A DNA stretch of 64,000 nucleotides from Nibricoccus sp. GTDB lineage: Bacteria > Verrucomicrobiota > Verrucomicrobiia > Opitutales > Opitutaceae. The translations under genes and the position numbers were made by a program. Location of the stretch: assembly GCA_047602425.1 (NCBI GenBank), contig JASGHG010000001.1, positions 2,048,001 to 2,112,000 of the forward strand, written 5' to 3'. This document shows, piece after piece, positions 10,563 through 18,485 of this stretch; position 1 is the first letter of the stretch; the number at the start of each line of letters is the position of its first letter. The notes under the pieces are model-generated. The model did not search any database. It saw nothing but the letters and a program-made list of their open reading frames with translations, and was not told the origin of the DNA.

Positions 10563-11561
10563 TTACTTCTTGCCTTCAGGATGCGCGATCGAGCTGCGCA
10601 TCGACGTGTCCGACTGGATGTTTTCCATCTTGTAGTAATCCATCACACCGAGTCGGCCGTTGCGGAAAGCCTCGGCCATTGCCATCGGCACTTGCGCTTG
10701 CGCCTCGACCACCTTGGCCTGCATTTCCTGCACCTTGGCTTTCATTTCTTGTTCGAGGGCCACGGCGGCCGCGCGACGGATTTCCGCCTGAGCCTGGGCA
10801 ATGGATTTATTCGCCTCCGCCTGCGCTTCCTGCAACTTCGCGCCGACGTTCTCGCCGATGTCGACGTCCGCAATATCGATCGAGAGAATTTCGAATGCCG
10901 AGCCCACGTCGAGACCGCGCGCCAGCACCGTCTTGGAAATATTATCCGGCGCTTCCAGCACCTGTTTGTAGCTGTCGGCCGAACCAATCGTCGTAACAAT
11001 ACCTTCGCCTACACGCGCGATGATCGTATCTTCCTTGGCGCCGCCGACGAAACGATCTAGATGCGTGCGCACCGTTACCCGGGCCTTTACCTTCACCTGA
11101 ATGCCGTCTTTCGCCACACCGTCGATGGTGGTACGACCTTGTTCGGGATTCGGGCAATCGATCACCTTCGGATCCACCGAGGTGCGCACTGCCTCAACTA
11201 CAGATTTGTTCGACCCCTTCGTCGCAAGATCGATCGCACAGGCGCGATCCCAGTTGAGCTCGATGCCGGCCTTTTGTGCGGCCACCAGCGCCTGCACTGT
11301 CGGTACCACATTGCCACCGGCAAGATAATGCGCCGCGATGCGATCGGTCGAAACCTCAATCCCCGCCTTCACCGCCGTGATCCGCGCATCAACAACCAAT
11401 CCATAAGGGACACCGCCGAGCCGCATACCCACCAGATTCAACACGCTTACCGGCGCGCCGTTCAGACGAGCCTTCAGCCAGGTGCCAATGAACGAAATAA
11501 ACACGCCGAAAATAATCAGCGCAACCAGTACGATCGGTACAATGTATACGAGGGGATTCAT
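10563..11561 (-). CDS. floA: flotillin-like protein FloA (YqfA/UPF0365)
   Basis: [55 protein letters not shown]. Confidence 0.93.
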   Translation of the reverse strand: MNPLVYIVPIVLVALIIFGVFISFIGTWLKARLNGAPVSVLNLVGMRLGGVPYGLVVDARITAVKAGIEVSTDRIAAHYLAGGNVVPTVQALVAAQKAGIELNWDRACAIDLATKGSNKSVVEAVRTSVDPKVIDCPNPEQGRTTIDGVAKDGIQVKVKARVTVRTHLDRFVGGAKEDTIIARVGEGIVTTIGSADSYKQVLEAPDNISKTVLARGLDVGSAFEILSIDIADVDIGENVGAKLQEAQAEANKSIAQAQAEIRRAAAVALEQEMKAKVQEMQAKVVEAQAQVPMAMAEAFRNGRLGVMDYYKMENIQSDTSMRSSIAHPEGKK

Positions 11562-11566
11562 AAGAT

Positions 11567-12034
11567 TCAGATTTTGGATACGATGAGACGAAAGTTGTCG
11601 ACGCCAACCACGGTCATCCGGTCGCCTTTGGCCGCGAGACCGGATCGGCAGAAAGCCTCGTAGCGCTTGCCTTCAATTTCGACATAACCGCTCGGCGCGA
11701 GCGTCGTCAGCGCCTCAGCAGTCTTTCCAACAACCGCCTCAGCCTGCGCCGGTGCGGGCTGGCTTTTGCCGTCCACTTTGGATTGCACCACCATTTCGCG
11801 CCCAAACCGCGATTTCGGCAGCCAGACCAATTCAATGTAAATGGTCAGGGAGAGCAGCAACACCGCCACGACCGTCGCACCGCCCGCAGCCGCGCCACCA
11901 AAACGCGCATATGCAAGCACGCAACCACCGAACATCGCCAAACCGCCAATAACGGCCATCACAAAACTCGAAACAAATACGTCAGCAGCCAGCAAAATCA
12001 CACCCGCCATGAACAGGATAAGGATTAAACTCAT
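11567..12034 (-). CDS. short NfeD family protein
   Basis: Three TM helices, then OB-fold with VGK.A.A.T.L.PSG.V.IEG.RYEA. Confidence 0.85.
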   Translation of the reverse strand: MSLILILFMAGVILLAADVFVSSFVMAVIGGLAMFGGCVLAYARFGGAAAGGATVVAVLLLSLTIYIELVWLPKSRFGREMVVQSKVDGKSQPAPAQAEAVVGKTAEALTTLAPSGYVEIEGKRYEAFCRSGLAAKGDRMTVVGVDNFRLIVSKI

Positions 12035-13476
12035 GATTGGGCCTCCTCGACCTGGAGTTCGAAGCCCGAACGACCTGACACCACCACGGTCGTCCCGGAC
12101 GACACCGTCCGAAATGCAACACGGGCTTCATAACGTTTGCCTTCAACCTCCACCTGTCCCGTGGGTCGCAAATCCGTCACGGCCAGACCACGTTTGCCGA
12201 TCAACGAATCCACTTGCCCCGCCGCTTCGGGCGCGCCGCCAGCAACCTGGGCCGAGCCTCCAACCGTAGCGCCGACGACCAAACGGTCCCACACCCAGCC
12301 TTGCGGCAGATATTTGAGTAGCATGACCGCCAAAATCGCGGCGATCAGGATTCCCAATCCGAGATTCACCATCGGCTGCACCAGCATGTCACTGGACCAA
12401 GTAACCGATATCGGTTGGTTCGGCCAGAAATCGGCCATCGCCCAGACCAACGAGCCCGCCATCATCACTAGGCCCAGCACGCCGAGCACACCCGCGGTGT
12501 GAAAAAAGACCAGCTCCAGTGCCAGCAGGATAACTCCGAGCGCGAAGACTAAAATCGGTTCGTGCCCCGATAGCCCAGCAACGTAACTGCTCAGGAAAAC
12601 AACGCTGAATAACACGATCGCACTCACACCAAAAACCCCGAAACCCGGCGTTTTGAATTCGATAAAAAGCGCGAGCATCGCCAGCGCCAGCAGAACGGGC
12701 TTAACGGCATTTAAATACTGCGCCAGCTGTTCGGACCAAGTCACCTTGAAGGTCTTCTTCTCATAGTTGCCCGGTCCGAATTTCTGCGTGAGCAAATCGT
12801 CAATATCCTTGGCCGTTCCCGCGGCCAGCAAAGGTTGCGGCGGCTCCCCATATTGTTTCGAAGCCTCCGTCGCGGTGAGTGACAACAACTCGCCTTTGGC
12901 CTTCAGCACCTTGTCGCCAATTTTCAGCTCAAAGTCTTTGTCGATCATCGCCGAGACAACTTCACCACGATAACCTTTACCCTCGGTGATCGCGCGGATT
13001 TTCGCTTTGAGAAAACTATTGATCTTCAGACGCATCGTTTCCGGGATATCTTGCCCATCTGAGTTCACTGCAGCGGCTGCACCAATTACACCCCCGGGCG
13101 AAAACCAAATTTCTTCAGTCGCTGCGGAAATAAAAGCCCCTGCCGACATGGCCTCGTCGTTCACGTAGGTAATCGTTTTCCCGGAAAACTTGTTGAGCGC
13201 CTCCATCATTTCGAGTGCAGTGCCCGCGCTTCCACCCGGCGTCTTCATATCCAGCACCACCACATCCGCTCCCTCCTTCAATCCACGCCGCAATATATAA
13301 TGCACGGGTTCTGCAATATGGTCCCGCACCGGGATCACGATCACCGAAACTTTTTTTCCTTTTGAAGGAGCAATCTCCTTCGCTACCGGAGCGATCGCGT
13401 CGGCAGCCCGGCCTGCGAGTGCCAAGACTCCGACCAGCACGGACCATAGCAGCGCTTGAATGGGCGAACGAAGCAT
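12031..13476 (-). CDS. long NfeD protein (ClpP-like periplasmic protease + TM domain + OB-fold)
   Basis: Signal peptide, KTPGG, AMSAGAFI, FIEFKTPGFG, C-terminal TDLRPTG; start taken at MLRSP. Confidence 0.85.
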   Translation of the reverse strand: MLRSPIQALLWSVLVGVLALAGRAADAIAPVAKEIAPSKGKKVSVIVIPVRDHIAEPVHYILRRGLKEGADVVVLDMKTPGGSAGTALEMMEALNKFSGKTITYVNDEAMSAGAFISAATEEIWFSPGGVIGAAAAVNSDGQDIPETMRLKINSFLKAKIRAITEGKGYRGEVVSAMIDKDFELKIGDKVLKAKGELLSLTATEASKQYGEPPQPLLAAGTAKDIDDLLTQKFGPGNYEKKTFKVTWSEQLAQYLNAVKPVLLALAMLALFIEFKTPGFGVFGVSAIVLFSVVFLSSYVAGLSGHEPILVFALGVILLALELVFFHTAGVLGVLGLVMMAGSLVWAMADFWPNQPISVTWSSDMLVQPMVNLGLGILIAAILAVMLLKYLPQGWVWDRLVVGATVGGSAQVAGGAPEAAGQVDSLIGKRGLAVTDLRPTGQVEVEGKRYEARVAFRTVSSGTTVVVSGRSGFELQVEEAQS

Positions 13477-13653
13477 GAGAGCCAAAAATTGACGCTTCGC
13501 CTCGTTGGATGCAAGCGCCAGTCCGCACCACACCCGTGGAAATCTGCCGCCTTGTTTCCACAGCGCCCTTCCCTCCAGCCGCAAGCGAACGGCATTATTT
13601 TTTATCTTCAAAAACGTTTTGCCTGCGCACCGTAACGGACTAACACCTGTCGC

Positions 13654-14577
13654 ATGGAAAAAGTTCCGTACCTCGATGCCGAAGTCTACCGCTGGGAAGT
13701 AGGCAGCTCGACCTTTCTGGCATCGCCCGAGCGCGGCGCACGGCTCATGCACTGGCACGTCACCCACGGCGACGGCTCCCTGCGCGAGGTAATCCACTGG
13801 CCAGAGCTAAAATCCATGGAAGAGTTCGTGAAGGCCCGCGGCGGCAATCCGGTGCTTTTTCCCTTCAATGGCCGCTGCTTCGACGGTTCTGACATTCATT
13901 TCTGGCGCGACCCTGCCGGGGAACGCCGGCCCATGCCGATGCATGGTTTGGCCCGCCAGGGAAAATTCGCGCCAACGCGGATCGACGCCCGCGGTTTCTC
14001 CGCCCAGTTTGTGCCCGACGCCTACGCCCGCTCTGCTTATCCCTACGAATACGAGTTTTCGGTCACCTACCGCTTCGAGGCGCTCAGCCTTTTTTGCGAA
14101 TATTCGCTGCGCAATCTTGACCGTCAGCCTATTCCGTGGAGCGCCGGTCATCATTTTTATTTCGCCGTACCGTGGCGCGATGGTCTCAAGCGCAGCGATT
14201 ATGCCATCCGCATTCCCTCAACTAAAACCTACCGCCAGGACCACGGCAATGGCCAGCTCACCCCTGGACCCGCCCTCCACCTTCAGGAGTCGCTCGACAG
14301 CCGTGCGCTCATCGACACGTTCCACCTCGGCCTGAAAAGCAACTCAGCGGTTTTTGGGCCCAAATCACTGCCCGGCGAGGTCACGGTCAAAATCGGCACC
14401 AATAAGATTCCGCATCCTGAAGCCACCATCGTGACTTGGAGCGCCGACGATTCCGTGCCCTACTATTGCGTGGAGCCTTGGATGGGACCCGCCAACGCTC
14501 CCTCGCACAAGATCGGCCTGCACACGGTTCCTCCCGGCCAAAGCCAGAGCTTCGTGGTCGAAATCCAAGTGAAATAA
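13654..14577 (+). CDS. aldose 1-epimerase (galactose mutarotase-like) family protein
   Basis: RGGNPVLFPF, MHGLAR, GHHFYF, YCVEPW. Confidence 0.88.
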   Translation: MEKVPYLDAEVYRWEVGSSTFLASPERGARLMHWHVTHGDGSLREVIHWPELKSMEEFVKARGGNPVLFPFNGRCFDGSDIHFWRDPAGERRPMPMHGLARQGKFAPTRIDARGFSAQFVPDAYARSAYPYEYEFSVTYRFEALSLFCEYSLRNLDRQPIPWSAGHHFYFAVPWRDGLKRSDYAIRIPSTKTYRQDHGNGQLTPGPALHLQESLDSRALIDTFHLGLKSNSAVFGPKSLPGEVTVKIGTNKIPHPEATIVTWSADDSVPYYCVEPWMGPANAPSHKIGLHTVPPGQSQSFVVEIQVK

Positions 14578-14623
14578 CGCTCCCGCTCGCCACGCGGCCG
14601 AAAGGCCGTCATGTTTTCAACCG

Positions 14624-14950
14624 ATGCCCAGCCACACCCATTTGTTCGCCTTTCTCGACGTCGGCGGTCCCGAGGTGTTGATGATCATGGCCCTCGTGCT
14701 TTTTCTTTTTGGCGGCAAAAAGCTGCCTGAATTCGCACGCGGTCTTGGCAAATCCATCCGTGAATTCAAAAAAGCCACCGCGGGCGTAGAGGACGAAATC
14801 AAGCGCGCCATCAACACAATCGAGGAGCCCGACGAACCAAAACCAAGCTCCACTCCTAAACTGCCGCCTGCACCGGCGCCATCTCCCGCGCAGAAAAACC
14901 CCTTTCTTCCTCCGCCTCCGCCGCCTCCCGAAAAACCGACGGAAACCTGA
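14624..14950 (+). CDS. tatA: twin-arginine translocase subunit TatA
   Basis: GGPEVLMI..LFLFGGKKLPEFARGLGKSIREFKKA. Confidence 0.93.
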   Translation: MPSHTHLFAFLDVGGPEVLMIMALVLFLFGGKKLPEFARGLGKSIREFKKATAGVEDEIKRAINTIEEPDEPKPSSTPKLPPAPAPSPAQKNPFLPPPPPPPEKPTET

Positions 14951-14970
14951 AATTTGCGGAGGCTCCGACC

Positions 14971-15252
14971 ATGCCCGACGAGGACGCCGTGCACATCCCC
15001 ATTACCGGCGAACTCGATCTGCATACTTTTGCCCCGCACGAGACCAAAACCGTTTTGGACGCCTATTTCGAAGCCTGCCTCGCAAAAAACATTCAAAGCG
15101 TGCGCGTCATTCACGGCAAAGGCACAGGCACTCTCCGCGAAACGGTCCACGCTCACCTGCGCCGTTCGCCGCTCGTCGAGAGCTTCCGCCTTGGCGATGA
15201 AACCTCCGGCGGCTGGGGCGCAACGCTCGTCACACTTCGAAATATTAGCTGA
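14971..15252 (+). CDS. Smr/MutS2 C-terminal domain protein
   Basis: ELDLH, VIHGKGTGTLR, GGWGATLV. Confidence 0.9.
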   Translation: MPDEDAVHIPITGELDLHTFAPHETKTVLDAYFEACLAKNIQSVRVIHGKGTGTLRETVHAHLRRSPLVESFRLGDETSGGWGATLVTLRNIS

Positions 15253-15302
15253 CCGACGAGCGGAGGTTGCATCGGTGACCAATCTCGAAGAGCCTGCGGC
15301 AA

Positions 15303-15842
15303 ATGAGAAGCTACTTCAACAATGGTATATTGATCGCCGGTTGTAATGCACTCTTCACCCTCGCACTTTACTTGGGCGGATTCCAAACGGATCTGGCAAA
15401 AATCGAACTTAGCGCATCTCTTTCGCTCTCGTTTAGTGTTGCACTCACTACTGTCGTTTTAGTGCGCAGCGTACGTTCAAGACGCATCCTCACTCCGCCA
15501 ACCGACCCGTTTCCATTCGGGCTTGCATTAGGAATTGCGACAACGATTTCGCTCGTCTCAGCAATTTCTTGGGCAGTTTTTCAGTTTATCTATCTACGTT
15601 TTATCAACACGGATTACATCGCACAAGTGATCGAGGCAAAAGTGACAACGATGCAGGCCAATGGGAAATCTCCTGCTGAAATAGAGGTTGCCCGACAATC
15701 ATTGACTCTGACCCCGGCAGCCTACGTAGCGATCGAGTTTCTGCTCGGCACCGCCATTAACGTCATTATTTCCCTGATCATCGCTGCCGTCATGCGTCGG
15801 AAGGCTGTGGAAGATCTCCCGGCGTCGCCGTCAGGGCTTTAA
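15303..15842 (+). CDS. DUF4199-like 4TM membrane protein
   Basis: Four hydrophobic helices, FIY.RFINTDY..., G.IISLIIAA; visibly lower GC than its neighbours. Confidence 0.65.
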   Translation: MRSYFNNGILIAGCNALFTLALYLGGFQTDLAKIELSASLSLSFSVALTTVVLVRSVRSRRILTPPTDPFPFGLALGIATTISLVSAISWAVFQFIYLRFINTDYIAQVIEAKVTTMQANGKSPAEIEVARQSLTLTPAAYVAIEFLLGTAINVIISLIIAAVMRRKAVEDLPASPSGL

Positions 15843-15901
15843 TTTCGAAATTCAAAGCGCCCCGCTTCAGTGTCGCCTAGCTCGATCCCTATAAATTAGA
15901 A

Positions 15902-15925
15902 GGGCCCCGGATTTCTCCGGGGCCC
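15902..15925. terminator. probably bidirectional terminator
   Basis: GGGCCCCGGA-tttc-TCCGGGGCCC between convergent genes. Confidence 0.8.
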
Positions 15926-15965
15926 CGTTGTTTACTGGATTATAAACTAACGATTTCTCGCTAGC

Positions 15966-16151
15966 TTACTTGCCGAACACTCGCCCACTGAGTCGATAGT
16001 CGATGGCCGCGAAGGCCAGGAGAGCGCCAACGACCGCGAAGCCGACGACGCCTTCCACACCGACAACCGGAGTTTTAATCCCGGCGACCGCCGCCACGAC
16101 AGCCAGTAGACCGGCAGCGACAAGGGCGATAGTAGTGCGATATGTTTTCAT
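15966..16151 (-). CDS. small (61 aa) two-TM hypothetical protein
   Basis: ATG preceded by AAAGGAAA RBS, own terminator, divergent from the LysR gene. Confidence 0.7.
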   Translation of the reverse strand: MKTYRTTIALVAAGLLAVVAAVAGIKTPVVGVEGVVGFAVVGALLAFAAIDYRLSGRVFGK

Positions 16152-16222
16152 GTTATTTCCTTTATTTAAGTGTCCGATTTCTCGGACGCGGAGATAATAC
16201 CCTAGTAAAACCAATAGTTGAA

Positions 16223-16259
16223 ATAATTGGTTTCTATTGTATTCATAGGCGTATCCTAT
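16223..16259. promoter_or_regulatory. OxyR-type LysR operator
   Basis: ATAA-N7-CTAT-N7-ATAG-N7-CTAT, overlapping the LysR start codon. Confidence 0.75.
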
Positions 16260-17145
16260 GGAACTACACCAACTCCGTTACTTCGTCGCGGTCGCTGAAA
16301 CAGGAAACTTCACCCGCGCCTCGGAACGCAGCAATGTCAGTCAGCCTTCGCTAAGCCAGCAAATCATTAATCTTGAACAAGAACTGAGTCACAAACTCTT
16401 TCACCGCTTGGGCCGAAAAGCCGTTCTAACCGAGGCTGGCTCCGTCTTTTTGGAGCGGGCCCGCCGCATCCTTTTTGAAGTCGACGATAGCACGCGCGAA
16501 CTCCAAGACAGCCCTGGCTTGGAGCGAAAAATCACCATTGGCGCCATCACGACGCTTGCGCCTTATCTGATTCCGCAGTTGCTCGCCCTCTGCAAAACAC
16601 GGCTTCCTCATCTGCAAGTTCATCTGCGTGAAGATTTTCGGCCAGATCTTACCAAAGCCGTGCTTGATGGCGAACTCGACCTCGCCATCGTTTCACTTCC
16701 CGTCAAGGACACGCAAATCTCGGTCGAACCGCTTTTCGATGAGACGCTCATGCTCGTGGTGGGTAAATCTCACCCGCTCGCGGGCAAACCCATCGTCACG
16801 CGCGAGGACCTGGCCGACCAAACATTTATTCTCCTCGGCAGTGGATCGAGCTTGGCCGGACAAATCCGGAGATTTTGCGGCGATCATAATTTTGAACCCA
16901 AGATCGGTTATCACTGCGCGCAAGTCGCCACCGTCAAAGCTCTGGTCGCCCTCGGCGCGGGTATTTCCATTCTTCCGCAAATCGCCCTCGATCCCGAGGA
17001 TCGCTCGCGACTGATCGTCAAAACTTTCGCGGATAGAAATCCTACGCGCCAGATCGGCATCATTCGCCACATGCAGCGCTATCAAAGCCTCGGAGCAGAA
17101 CAGTTCATCGGTTTGTTGCGCGAACACGTGAAAAAACCCGGCTAA
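16258..17145 (+). CDS. LysR-family regulator (OxyR-like)
   Basis: MELHQLRYFVAVAE.GNFTRA...VSQPSLSQQI HTH; GAITTLAPYLIP substrate domain. Confidence 0.93.
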   Translation: MELHQLRYFVAVAETGNFTRASERSNVSQPSLSQQIINLEQELSHKLFHRLGRKAVLTEAGSVFLERARRILFEVDDSTRELQDSPGLERKITIGAITTLAPYLIPQLLALCKTRLPHLQVHLREDFRPDLTKAVLDGELDLAIVSLPVKDTQISVEPLFDETLMLVVGKSHPLAGKPIVTREDLADQTFILLGSGSSLAGQIRRFCGDHNFEPKIGYHCAQVATVKALVALGAGISILPQIALDPEDRSRLIVKTFADRNPTRQIGIIRHMQRYQSLGAEQFIGLLREHVKKPG

Positions 17146-17201
17146 GGCCGATGTTCGGTTTGTTGTTTCGTCCGCAGACTGTACGTTGCGTGCCCTTTTT
17201 C

Positions 17202-18476
17202 ATGAAACCCGACCAGCCATCCTCAGCTTCTATCAACGAGAGACTCGTGCTCTCGATTTTGGCGCTGGTGCAATTCACGCACATCATGGACTTCATGATC
17301 ATGATGCCGCTTGGCTCTCATCTGATGCGCGTGTTTTCGATCTCGCCCGGCCAATTCAGTCATCTCGTTGCGGCGTATGGGTTGTCGGCCGGCGTTTTTG
17401 GCTTTGCCGGCGGGTTCGTCCTTGATCGCTTTGAACGCAAACACGCCCTGCTCACTCTGTACTCGGGTTTCACGTTGGCCACGCTGGCCTGCGCGCTCGC
17501 GCCCAACTACGTCTTTCTCCTGCTCGCCCGCGTTTGCGCCGGTGCTTGTGGCGGCGTGGCTGGTTCGGTCGTGACAGCGATGGTCGGCGATCTCGTGCCG
17601 CCTGCGCGACGCGGCCGCGCGATGGGCTTGGTCATGGCGGCCTTCCCCCTCGCTTCGGTGGCGGGTGTACCCTGCGGACTCTGGCTCGCCGGCCTCTATG
17701 AATGGCACGCGCCGTTCTTCCTACTCTCCGGGCTGAGCCTTTTGATTCTGCTCTTCGCGCTCCGCGTTCTGCCGCACGTGAAAAGTCAGCTGTCGACCGC
17801 GCATCCGTGGACGCAGATGAGAGCAATCCTCACCCATCGCATCCACTGGCGGGGGTTTTTGTTGAGCGCAGTGCTGGTCTTCGCCGGCGGCTGCGTGATT
17901 CCGTTCATGGCTCCGTCGATGGTGGCCAACGTCGGTCTGCCGGAGGACAGTATTTTCAAAATCTACCTTTGCGGCGGCATCGCGACGTTCTTCTCGACCT
18001 TCCTGATCGGCCGCCTTTCGGACCGTTTCGACAAGCTCTACGTCCTCGCCGGCATCTCGGTGATCGCCGCCGTCACTGTATTTTTTCTCACTCGCCTCAA
18101 ACCAGGACCTATCGCCATCACGCTCACGGTAACATCGCTGTTGTTCGTAAGTATGTCGGGCCGCTTCTCGCCCACCATGGCGATGATCTCCAACGCCGTC
18201 GAGGCGCGCTACCGCGGCGGTTTCATGAGCGTCAATTCCGCCATCCAGCAACTCGCCAGCGGACTCGCCAACCTCACCGCGGGACTACTCGTCACCAGCG
18301 ACGCATCCGGCAAGCTTGTCGGGTATCCTGATGTCGGATACCTTTCGCTCACGGCCTTCGCCGGCACGGTTGTGCTCGCGTGGTGGCTGCGCGCCGCGGT
18401 CCCGCACGCAGCGAAACCCATTCGACCGAGCGGACCGCCACCCCTTCCTGAGCCAGCGATCTCACTCGCCGAGTAA
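17202..18476 (+). CDS. MFS transporter
   Basis: About 12 TM helices, DRFERK and GRLSDRFDK motif-A loops. Confidence 0.92.
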   Translation: MKPDQPSSASINERLVLSILALVQFTHIMDFMIMMPLGSHLMRVFSISPGQFSHLVAAYGLSAGVFGFAGGFVLDRFERKHALLTLYSGFTLATLACALAPNYVFLLLARVCAGACGGVAGSVVTAMVGDLVPPARRGRAMGLVMAAFPLASVAGVPCGLWLAGLYEWHAPFFLLSGLSLLILLFALRVLPHVKSQLSTAHPWTQMRAILTHRIHWRGFLLSAVLVFAGGCVIPFMAPSMVANVGLPEDSIFKIYLCGGIATFFSTFLIGRLSDRFDKLYVLAGISVIAAVTVFFLTRLKPGPIAITLTVTSLLFVSMSGRFSPTMAMISNAVEARYRGGFMSVNSAIQQLASGLANLTAGLLVTSDASGKLVGYPDVGYLSLTAFAGTVVLAWWLRAAVPHAAKPIRPSGPPPLPEPAISLAE

Positions 18477-18485
18477 CCGCCGCCC

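Noticed and set aside
13477..13797. N-terminal extension of long NfeD given in the ORF track
   Set aside because: It overlaps the divergent epimerase gene; the signal peptide begins at Met 13476
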